A DNA stretch of 64,000 nt, taken from IMG/VR virus record IMGVR_UViG_3300035520_001285, positions 1 to 64,000 of that record; one strand, 5' to 3'. Below the pieces are notes generated by a model, which saw only the letters and a program-made list of their open reading frames with translations, was not told the DNA's origin and ran no database searches. Source of the DNA: a virus (lineage: Duplodnaviria > Caudoviricetes). The position numbers and the translations under genes are program-made. Below, piece by piece: positions 1 to 7,757 of the stretch. Every line of letters starts with the position of its first letter. Position 1 is the first letter of the stretch.

Positions 1-30
1 TTCTTTATAGTTATAGTTTAAATATACAAA

Positions 31-60
31 TTCCCCGACTACCGTGCGATAATCGGGGAA
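31..60 (-). terminator. Intrinsic terminator after polB
   Basis: On the minus strand, TTCCCCGATTA-loop-TAGTCGGGGAA followed by TTTG, starting about 22 nt after the TAG stop. Confidence 0.75.
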
Positions 61-82
61 TAAGTGCTATGTGCAAAAAGGC

Positions 83-2662
83 CTACCTTAGAATAAAACG
101 TATTCCTGCAAGACAAGTCTTTGTGAGGTTTACTTTATCGTTATAATGTTTAATAAATTCAGCATAGAATTTCACTCTAACTTCTTTTGAGGCATTTAGT
201 ATTAAGCTTGGTACTCTGTCTATAATGCCGTTTGCAACTTTTTTAGCCTGTTGAGAAATCACATCATCAGTAAGATTATTATTAAGTGTTTCTATACTAT
301 TAATATCATATTCTTCAAGTTTAACCGAATCGGTTATTTGAGATGGCTTGATTTTCTCTTTGCTTTCTTTAAACAATGAGTGGTCTTGTGTTACATCAAC
401 ATGACCTTTTGAATTCGATACACGATAAATATCTTTTTCAGTATCATGACGATAGACATAACTCACTTCGCTCCATCCTGAACGGCATAAAACCAAATAC
501 GGCTTTTCTGAATAATCATATTCTCGACCAAGTAAGTCTCTTTCGATATGATTTTCATTAATGATTTCAGAAATTGGTTTGATATCTATCACGTGAGAGT
601 TCTTATACTTTATGAATAGAGGTGTATCACCAAGCACTGAATCACCCACGATAGGTTCATAACCCAATTTCTTGAAATGAGATATCATTAATCTTAATGA
701 TTGTCTGCCCGTGCATGTTGTCTGTTCGGCACACTTTAAGGAACCAAAAGGAAACACATTAGGTGCCCCGTATGAGCCGAAAAAAGAGTTACCTAACACC
801 TTCATTTGCATTTGTTTACCATCTGCTAAGGCATAATCAGCTACTGCTTTGTTGTATTGTGTAATCTCTTCAGGAGTAGCTATTTTATTGATAATCTTCT
901 CTTTAAGACTGTCTACAATCTTGCCAGCGGCTTTTTTCATACCCTTAAATTTCTCACGAGTTGTTAGCACATATTCAAGAAATTTAAGCATTGACCCCAT
1001 AAGGTCATTTGTATCGGAGATGCCCCATGTCAAGATGATTGAAGGGTAAAGTGAATTGTAGTCTAATTTGATTACATTAGGGGCGTAGCCTGTTTGAAGT
1101 AAGCGAGAAAGGCCGCCTGTAAATGTTTTAGACTCTCCAAACATTGGAACAGCAAGATTGTGTCTATAAGACCATGCTAAAAGTAATGCTTTCCATTGGC
1201 CTGCCGTACCCATTGTTGTACATTTTTTATAAGGCACGGGAAGCATTTTACAGATAAGGAAGTTAGTTGAATTAAACTTCCATTCAACTCTATCACCTTC
1301 CCAAATATCATCAAGAAGATACCGTTCAACAATATATCGGCCACTTACAAGTTGATAGCCATCAAGAAGAGCATTTCTTGAACGCATTTTGAATGGCCCA
1401 TCTCCTTGTTTACTTTTGATTGACTTGATGTATTCATCATACTCTTTATCCGAATCAAACTCCTCACGTGTCTTTACCGAAGAGCCGTTAACAGGGTCGT
1501 AGACATACCAATCACCGTCATTATTATTAAAAGCGTAGTGTTCTTCCAAATCAGTTAAAATGAAATCGATCTTATCACCAGGAGTGTAGACACGATTCTT
1601 TTTAACCATTCCTGAATACTTTGTAGCATACTTCAAGTCAGCTCTTTGCATGTTAGAATCCATTGCTTGAGCACGTCTTACCGCATGAAGAGAATCTGTA
1701 AGGATAGTATTTGGAACTAAAGTTTGATTAAATTCTTCAATCTCGCCGCCTAATTTAAGAATGGTAGACCTTGCTTCTTTACGGATTGGTTCACCAAGTA
1801 TTTCTTTTGAAACGTCTTCAAATGTAGTACCTAAACGTTCACAAGCGCCAATGAAGACCTGAATATCGAAGTTTTCAATGTTATGGCCACAAACAATATC
1901 AGGATTAAAAACCTTGATTGCTTTGCAGAATGTTTTTATTAGCCTTAATTCAGATTTATCTTTTTCCTCTTTGGTAGTGCCTTCAAGACTAAAAATTTTT
2001 TGAAAACCATTAGGGTAACCATTGAATGGCCTATTAAAACGGAGGCCAAGCTGTTTAATACGATGTTTTTTGGCATCAAGACCCTCGGTTTCCAAGTCGA
2101 AAGATAGCCTCAATAATTGGTCATAATCATCATAGCCTTTAAAAAAACGTTTACCTGTAGCAATCATGAATTGCTCTTGAGGCGGAACTACTAAGAATTG
2201 TTTTTCTTCCTCTTTTGGCCTTATAATTTCATTGCCATTTTTATCTCTTTTGCCATAAACGGGATTGCCTGCATCTTTGAAGAAAGTAAGAAATCTTTGG
2301 TAAGACATTGGTTTTAAGGCATAAAACATAAAAAGGTAACCGTTGTTGAATTCAGTTCTAATGGTACCATCATATGAAGTATTACTTAAACGTTTAACGC
2401 CAATGTTGTATTTTCGTAAAAGTTGTGAAGTCTCCTTTCTGTTACCCCCACATAATTTATCACAGGCACGATAAGTAGCCCAACAGAACGGATAAAATTT
2501 TTGAGTAGTTGAACATTTCTGATCTTTCTCATTACGATAGAAAATAGTAATGAAATCATCCTTGTAACTATATGTAAGATTGACGATACGTTCCATGGGG
2601 TCATAACCATTCATGAACGCATCAATTTCCTCTTGAGATATTCTTTTTGGAGGATTTTCCAT
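83..2662 (-). CDS. polB: Family B DNA polymerase, N-terminal fragment (exonuclease plus motifs A and B), ending in an N-terminal intein half
   Basis: Exo motifs FDLETEG and GHNIENFDI; Pol motif A LDYNSLYPSII; motif B KVLGNSFFGSYG. Motif C is broken at IVGD by SVLGDTP (intein block A). The ORF ends at TAG with no TD residues or C-terminal polymerase domain. Confidence 0.93.
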   Translation of the reverse strand: MENPPKRISQEEIDAFMNGYDPMERIVNLTYSYKDDFITIFYRNEKDQKCSTTQKFYPFCWATYRACDKLCGGNRKETSQLLRKYNIGVKRLSNTSYDGTIRTEFNNGYLFMFYALKPMSYQRFLTFFKDAGNPVYGKRDKNGNEIIRPKEEEKQFLVVPPQEQFMIATGKRFFKGYDDYDQLLRLSFDLETEGLDAKKHRIKQLGLRFNRPFNGYPNGFQKIFSLEGTTKEEKDKSELRLIKTFCKAIKVFNPDIVCGHNIENFDIQVFIGACERLGTTFEDVSKEILGEPIRKEARSTILKLGGEIEEFNQTLVPNTILTDSLHAVRRAQAMDSNMQRADLKYATKYSGMVKKNRVYTPGDKIDFILTDLEEHYAFNNNDGDWYVYDPVNGSSVKTREEFDSDKEYDEYIKSIKSKQGDGPFKMRSRNALLDGYQLVSGRYIVERYLLDDIWEGDRVEWKFNSTNFLICKMLPVPYKKCTTMGTAGQWKALLLAWSYRHNLAVPMFGESKTFTGGLSRLLQTGYAPNVIKLDYNSLYPSIILTWGISDTNDLMGSMLKFLEYVLTTREKFKGMKKAAGKIVDSLKEKIINKIATPEEITQYNKAVADYALADGKQMQMKVLGNSFFGSYGAPNVFPFGSLKCAEQTTCTGRQSLRLMISHFKKLGYEPIVGDSVLGDTPLFIKYKNSHVIDIKPISEIINENHIERDLLGREYDYSEKPYLVLCRSGWSEVSYVYRHDTEKDIYRVSNSKGHVDVTQDHSLFKESKEKIKPSQITDSVKLEEYDINSIETLNNNLTDDVISQQAKKVANGIIDRVPSLILNASKEVRVKFYAEFIKHYNDKVNLTKTCLAGIRFILR
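86..640 (-). mobile_element. Intein N-terminal half (about 185 aa, Ser1), probable split intein
   Basis: Block A SVLGDTP directly after GD; block B DVTQDHSLF (TxxH); then a remnant resembling an endonuclease linker (RVPSLILNASKEVRVKF). No terminal HN/HQ + S/T/C. Confidence 0.8.
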
Positions 2663-2782
2663 TAGAAATATTTATGTATTAAAGAATTGTGTTATTTAAA
2701 CTCCAACCTTAGAGCCTATAACAATAAGGCATCAGGTTTGCGTTAAATATACATTTTAAGAATTGAAAAAAGGAATCACAAA

Positions 2783-3223
2783 ATGAAATATTTCACTTTA
2801 AAGGAGTTTACAGCATCAAGTACAGCAACAGCCAAAAACATTGATAATACTCCAAATGCAACAGTTACGGCACATATCGAAGAGCTTGTAAATTCTCTAT
2901 TAGATGATTTGAGAGAAGCATGGGGTTCGGCCATTAAAGTTTCTTCTGGTTACAGATGCACAAAATTGAATAATGCAGTTGGTGGAAGTAAAACCTCGGC
3001 TCACACTACAGGATATGCTGCTGATTTAGTGCCCGTAAATGGTAAGATGACTGAATTTAAGACATTTGTTAAAGAATGGTTGAAAGATAAAAAATTCGAC
3101 CAATATATAAATGAATTCAGTGGAAGTACTGAATGGGTCCATATTGGACTTAAGAATATTTCAGGCAAGCAAAGAAAACAGTACCTAATGTATAAGGGCG
3201 GTAAATACAGTACAATCAAATAG
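2783..3223 (+). CDS. Peptidase M15 family (Zn D-Ala-D-Ala peptidase fold), probable endolysin
   Basis: SSGYRC...GGSKTSAHTTGYAAD...WVHIG motif set. Confidence 0.85.
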   Translation: MKYFTLKEFTASSTATAKNIDNTPNATVTAHIEELVNSLLDDLREAWGSAIKVSSGYRCTKLNNAVGGSKTSAHTTGYAADLVPVNGKMTEFKTFVKEWLKDKKFDQYINEFSGSTEWVHIGLKNISGKQRKQYLMYKGGKYSTIK

Positions 3224-3227
3224 AAAG

Positions 3228-3258
3228 AAAAAAAGGTGAGTTTTTAGCCCACCTTTTT
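3228..3258. terminator. Bidirectional terminator between convergent genes
   Basis: AAAAAGGTGAG...CCCACCTTTTT hairpin with A/T tracts on both sides. Confidence 0.65.
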
Positions 3259-3259
3259 A

Positions 3260-4150
3260 TTATTTTTCAAATTTAGATTTATCAGGAAACTTTTTAGATA
3301 GAACGTTCTCAATAAAATCATAATCTTCATCCGTAGCAACATTATCATTAATGCAAGTTGCCTGAAATATTTTTGAATTAATTACTTCTTCAATTAACTC
3401 ATGTTTACTATTTGTAGTTAGGTAGCAACTTCTTAATTCAGACGGGACAAAATCGTTATTAAAGTAATGCGGATACAAAAATACGTATTGATTCAAATTG
3501 AAGGTTGTACGGAATGGCTCTATTCTAAAAACAATTTCCCTTTCCAAATTCTGCCATACCCATTCGCATGTTGCTTTTACCATAGGATTACACATGTGAT
3601 TTAATAAAAGGGATTCTTCTTCATTGCCTTTTATGCCGAGAGCATTCCTAATAATTTTAGTACCATTTTCACCATATGCCATAAAATTCATGAAACGATA
3701 TACACCATGACGTATATAGTTACTAAAGGAAAGGCAAGGCTTACCATCCTTAAAAAAGTCTTCTTCTTGACAAGCGTTTATAAGCAAAGTATCATCATTA
3801 AAGAATAAAAAATGATTTTTCAAATCTTTTATTCTGTGTAGAAACATTTCAATAGTAGACGCATTGAAAGTAGGTAAAAACTTTTCGGGAATGATATCCT
3901 TATGATATACGATTTTAACCTTTTCAGTATTAATATAGTCGGGAACCTGACTTTCCATCATCACTACAAGATAAACATTATCTATAAATGACGCATACTT
4001 ATCAATACCCCGAAGAACATATTTTAAAGTCCCATAGTCACCAAAATATTGCATGGTACGCTTTTTGTCGCAAACGGGTTCGTTTTCTGAATAAATTTTA
4101 TACCATTTAGGGTCTGACATATTTACATATGTTATCACTGCATCAATCAT
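3260..4150 (-). CDS. Stealth-family sugar-1-phosphate phosphotransferase (CpsY/XcbA-like)
   Basis: CR1 IDAVITYV; CR2 LKYVLRGIDKY...HKDIIP...LPTFNASTIEMFLHRI...FLFFNDD; CR4-like CINDN. Confidence 0.88.
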   Translation of the reverse strand: MIDAVITYVNMSDPKWYKIYSENEPVCDKKRTMQYFGDYGTLKYVLRGIDKYASFIDNVYLVVMMESQVPDYINTEKVKIVYHKDIIPEKFLPTFNASTIEMFLHRIKDLKNHFLFFNDDTLLINACQEEDFFKDGKPCLSFSNYIRHGVYRFMNFMAYGENGTKIIRNALGIKGNEEESLLLNHMCNPMVKATCEWVWQNLEREIVFRIEPFRTTFNLNQYVFLYPHYFNNDFVPSELRSCYLTTNSKHELIEEVINSKIFQATCINDNVATDEDYDFIENVLSKKFPDKSKFEK

Positions 4151-4718
4151 AAATCAAGTAACTTTTGTAAAAGATTGTTTCTTCTTTAGGATTTCCATAA
4201 AAGGCATAATATGGCTCCGCTGACTCATTGTTAAAGTTAATAGAATCACCGTTAAGAGCGTAGTGCTTTATCATATTGGCCAACTCTCCCCATCTTAGTC
4301 TATATATGCTTACATTATCCACGATATGATTAAACACATAAAACAAATGGGCGTGTAGCTCGTTATCAGTAGATGAAACAGTTGTGTTCGCAAAGGTTGG
4401 CTTGAATGGTAGGGTTGTAATTAATGTATCGAGTAGGCCATCACGATGGGTTAAATCTATCCCGACAAAATTAGTTTGAACAAATTGAGAATTATCCTTA
4501 TTAGTATATAAGCCACCAATGGTTTTGTTTTTTCGGCTATCTATATGGCCAATAAACCTTCCTTCCATTAACCTATCAACAATAGAGTCAATATTAAAAG
4601 TAAATTCATCAAAATGGTTTACTTTTTCAACCCATTTCATTTGAGACTTCCAATCAAAAAAATCCAAGCTAACCTGTAGATTGAATTCAAAATCTTTATT
4701 ATAGTGAGGAAATGTCAT
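4143..4718 (-). CDS. Hypothetical protein, primase-polymerase (AEP)-like domain, paralog 2 with degenerate acidic motif
   Basis: Aligns by eye with 4699..5286 (QTNFVGIDLT, KPTFANTTVS, HAHLFYVF, FYGNP). Confidence 0.5.
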   Translation of the reverse strand: MTFPHYNKDFEFNLQVSLDFFDWKSQMKWVEKVNHFDEFTFNIDSIVDRLMEGRFIGHIDSRKNKTIGGLYTNKDNSQFVQTNFVGIDLTHRDGLLDTLITTLPFKPTFANTTVSSTDNELHAHLFYVFNHIVDNVSIYRLRWGELANMIKHYALNGDSINFNNESAEPYYAFYGNPKEETIFYKSYLIYD

Positions 4719-5286
4719 TTTTGGAATAAACTAAGTTACTTTTATAGAGTTCCCAATCTGAAGGATTACCGTAAATCGCAAACCATGTATACATTGCATG
4801 TTTGTCTATTGATTCATCGTTGACGACTGTGGTTAAATCATCATATATTTTGCCCCATAATTCATGATATTCCGCAGGAGAAGTGATAGGCTCATCAAGA
4901 ATATAAAATAAGTGAAATTTATTTAATCCTTTACTATCAAACAGTCCTTTGTGTCTTGATGATGTATGGCTAAACGTAGGTTTTAATTTCAGTTTGGAAA
5001 TAGTTTCACCAAGAGAGATAATTGAGCCATCTATGTCGAAAAGCAACATATTGGTTTGAGTAAAGCATTCTTCGCTGCGGCGTAAAAATGCCTTATTGTA
5101 TAAGCGCTCTTTTGCAACACAGGTAATTAAATGGCCTCTTTTTAAGAAGCTAATCAACTCATTAATGGAACAAGAATGCTTACTATAATGATTAATAGCC
5201 GACGCCCATATCAATTGGTCTCGGTATTCATAGTAATCATTACTTATAAACACATCGAATTTGAAATTATCATCTGCAATAAACAT
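4699..5286 (-). CDS. Hypothetical protein, primase-polymerase (AEP)-like domain, paralog 1
   Basis: hhhDhD motif LLFDID, KPTFSHTSS, KFHLFYILDEPI: the pattern of AEP-like catalytic domains. No C-terminal accessory domain. Confidence 0.55.
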   Translation of the reverse strand: MFIADDNFKFDVFISNDYYEYRDQLIWASAINHYSKHSCSINELISFLKRGHLITCVAKERLYNKAFLRRSEECFTQTNMLLFDIDGSIISLGETISKLKLKPTFSHTSSRHKGLFDSKGLNKFHLFYILDEPITSPAEYHELWGKIYDDLTTVVNDESIDKHAMYTWFAIYGNPSDWELYKSNLVYSKNDISSL

Positions 5287-5296
5287 CTATACACCA

Positions 5297-6943
5297 TTAA
5301 TTAGCAAGTTCCTTATATTTTGGCAACCAAAAGTTGTCCCACATATAGTAGTGGCAACCAAATGGTAAATGGCCTAATTTACTTATATTTTTCTCTTTTT
5401 CTTCTTGAATGGAGAAATCAAAGCCAACACTTAAGGGCGGCAATTTTAAAAGATAAGAGTAATATTTTGAAAAGAATACATCTTCGTAGATATTGTAGTT
5501 CATTTTATTATTACGGCAAATATCTATGAACTTGCTTATCTTACGTAATGAAAAGCCGCCATTGCCTATTGTGTAATTCGTCTCCTTGAACGCTTCATCA
5601 AAGTCATTTTCATGCACCATATGTGGAGCGCCTATATAGTCGTAATCCTTTTCAATAAAGTATTGAAGCCTATTTGAGAATACAAATGCGTCCAATTGAT
5701 AAATAAGCATATACTTGAATTCTTTAAAACACTCGTAAAATTCGGCTCTTTGGCATAGTTCATTATAAGTCATTTTAGACTCAAAGAATGAAGAGTTTAA
5801 ATATAAAATATCAAAATCATAATCAGCTTCATTAAAGTACTTTCTAATATCCATCATATCAGGCGCAACAAGACAAATACGATAATTATCGCCAAGCATT
5901 TTGACTACTTGTTTTAATGAAGCAATTTCAATGCTATTTGGCTCTACATTATAGATAGGAACTACAATAATACAACTATTATTTTCAACAGGGCATGAGT
6001 GTATGATTTGAGATTGTGTAAATTGTATCCTTGATGGTTCTTCACCTTTTAAAAGCCCACTTTTATTATACACGTTCATATATTGTTCTTTAAGCGTGTC
6101 ATCGTCAAAGGTGTATTGAACCCCAAACTTATTATCAATATTGACTTTACTCAGTTTCTTTTTACTCATGTGATACCTATCAAGCAAATAATTCAAGGAT
6201 AGGTATTTAGCATGATATAAAAAGAATTTATTATCAGTATAATATACTACATTACCAACAGGATGACAAACATGGCACCCTGGGTCGTAACCAATTTCTT
6301 GTATTTCATTCGGATTAAATAAAACACATTTTGACATACTATCAGACAAAGCACCTCTATTTATAATCTCATGCATAAGTTGTATCCCATCGTATTTTGG
6401 CAAATTAAATGAAAATAAATTAATACCTTGGGGTTTAATGATAGTCGCACCTGAAGATTTCATATCTTGCAACACATTTACGATATCATCGGTATACAAG
6501 AATTCGTCCATATCGCATACACAAACAAAATCAGCAACATAGCGTGATTCTTTCCAAATATTGTTTTTCATGTTTTGCAATTGGAAATCATCAATACCTC
6601 TTGGATAAACAAAATGGCGTATTTCTATGAAATCATTCTTAATGTGATTGAATGCTTCCAAAGCCTCTATGGAGCCATCCGTAGAACCATTGTCGTAGAC
6701 GATGACTTTGGCTGCAAATTTTTGCCAATATTGCAAAGCAAATGGTATTAGCTTTTTCTCATTGTAACAAAATGTATAGACATGAATGTTCAGTGGAACA
6801 TCATTAACTTGACTTTTATGATGTGCCTCATTTATCATTTTGTTAGTATTTGTACTTATACTTATGGGTCTCTTCTTTTTGGCAATGCGTAGAGCGTCGT
6901 CAATTACTCCCGCTCTGTAAATTTTTCTTCGGTTTATCTTCAT
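5297..6943 (-). CDS. Two-domain glycosyltransferase: GT-A (GT2-like) fused to a DUF5672-like domain
   Basis: N-domain VIVYDNGSTDGS...CDMDEFLY; C-domain YMLIYQLDAFVF...YDYIGAPH...IGNGGFSLRK. Confidence 0.8.
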   Translation of the reverse strand: MKINRRKIYRAGVIDDALRIAKKKRPISISTNTNKMINEAHHKSQVNDVPLNIHVYTFCYNEKKLIPFALQYWQKFAAKVIVYDNGSTDGSIEALEAFNHIKNDFIEIRHFVYPRGIDDFQLQNMKNNIWKESRYVADFVCVCDMDEFLYTDDIVNVLQDMKSSGATIIKPQGINLFSFNLPKYDGIQLMHEIINRGALSDSMSKCVLFNPNEIQEIGYDPGCHVCHPVGNVVYYTDNKFFLYHAKYLSLNYLLDRYHMSKKKLSKVNIDNKFGVQYTFDDDTLKEQYMNVYNKSGLLKGEEPSRIQFTQSQIIHSCPVENNSCIIVVPIYNVEPNSIEIASLKQVVKMLGDNYRICLVAPDMMDIRKYFNEADYDFDILYLNSSFFESKMTYNELCQRAEFYECFKEFKYMLIYQLDAFVFSNRLQYFIEKDYDYIGAPHMVHENDFDEAFKETNYTIGNGGFSLRKISKFIDICRNNKMNYNIYEDVFFSKYYSYLLKLPPLSVGFDFSIQEEKEKNISKLGHLPFGCHYYMWDNFWLPKYKELAN

Positions 6944-7757
6944 CGGTCGAAAATAGCTGATGTCGGCTTACTAACTTAGTTTCAACGCTATTGTATTTCT
7001 CCCCGTATTGGAATACAATTCTGTAAGGTTCAGGATAATTCTCATATTCTGAGATATCTTCAAATCCGATAGCAACTATACCTTCAACAGCATATCTCAT
7101 TCCATAGCAAACATTATTTTGAATACAAAAGAATGGAATATTTGTTTTAAGCCTAAGTTTTTTATTGAAGGTTTTTTTATCTGGCGGGTAACATGTACCT
7201 TGGGCTGCAAATTCACACTCCCAGCCACTTCCCCATACAATATCAGGCGTGTTTGAAAAGTAAAAATCATACTCATTCCATCCAAGACCATTTTTACCAA
7301 TAGGTTCGATATAAACAAGCTGCGAATCATCATATTCATCCTCAATAGCACCAATGTTTTGCTTTTCAGATGTTTTAACTTCGCTATTGGTTTTGAACCC
7401 TATTTCAGATAGTTTACACAATACAAAATCGGAATCCTCTGCGAATTTGAAATTCAATAGAACTTTTCCTTTCTCATCGTAACACCAAGCCAAAGATATA
7501 ATACCGTCAATACAATCTTGCATAGAGAAACAGTTGTTATTCTGAGCACAGAACAATTCATAATCTCCACAAACTCTAACTGTAGATGAAATCATATCTT
7601 CAGATGGCATAATGTTCTCACAGATACTGGGTACTTGTTCTGCCCAATCCTCTGCCCAAACAATATCGGGTGTATCTGAAAAATAAAGTTCATATTCGTA
7701 CTTTCCATCGGAATTTAAACCAATCGGAAAAACGAAAACAAGTGATGATTTATTCAT
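6900..7757 (-). CDS. Hypothetical protein made of two tandem copies of one domain
   Basis: LVFVFPIGLNSDGKYEYELYFSDTPDIVW is repeated as LVYIEPIGKNGLGWNEYDFYFSNTPDIVW; LFCAQNNNCFSM is repeated as FFCIQNNVCYGM. Confidence 0.75.
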   Translation of the reverse strand: MNKSSLVFVFPIGLNSDGKYEYELYFSDTPDIVWAEDWAEQVPSICENIMPSEDMISSTVRVCGDYELFCAQNNNCFSMQDCIDGIISLAWCYDEKGKVLLNFKFAEDSDFVLCKLSEIGFKTNSEVKTSEKQNIGAIEDEYDDSQLVYIEPIGKNGLGWNEYDFYFSNTPDIVWGSGWECEFAAQGTCYPPDKKTFNKKLRLKTNIPFFCIQNNVCYGMRYAVEGIVAIGFEDISEYENYPEPYRIVFQYGEKYNSVETKLVSRHQLFSTDEDKPKKNLQSGSN

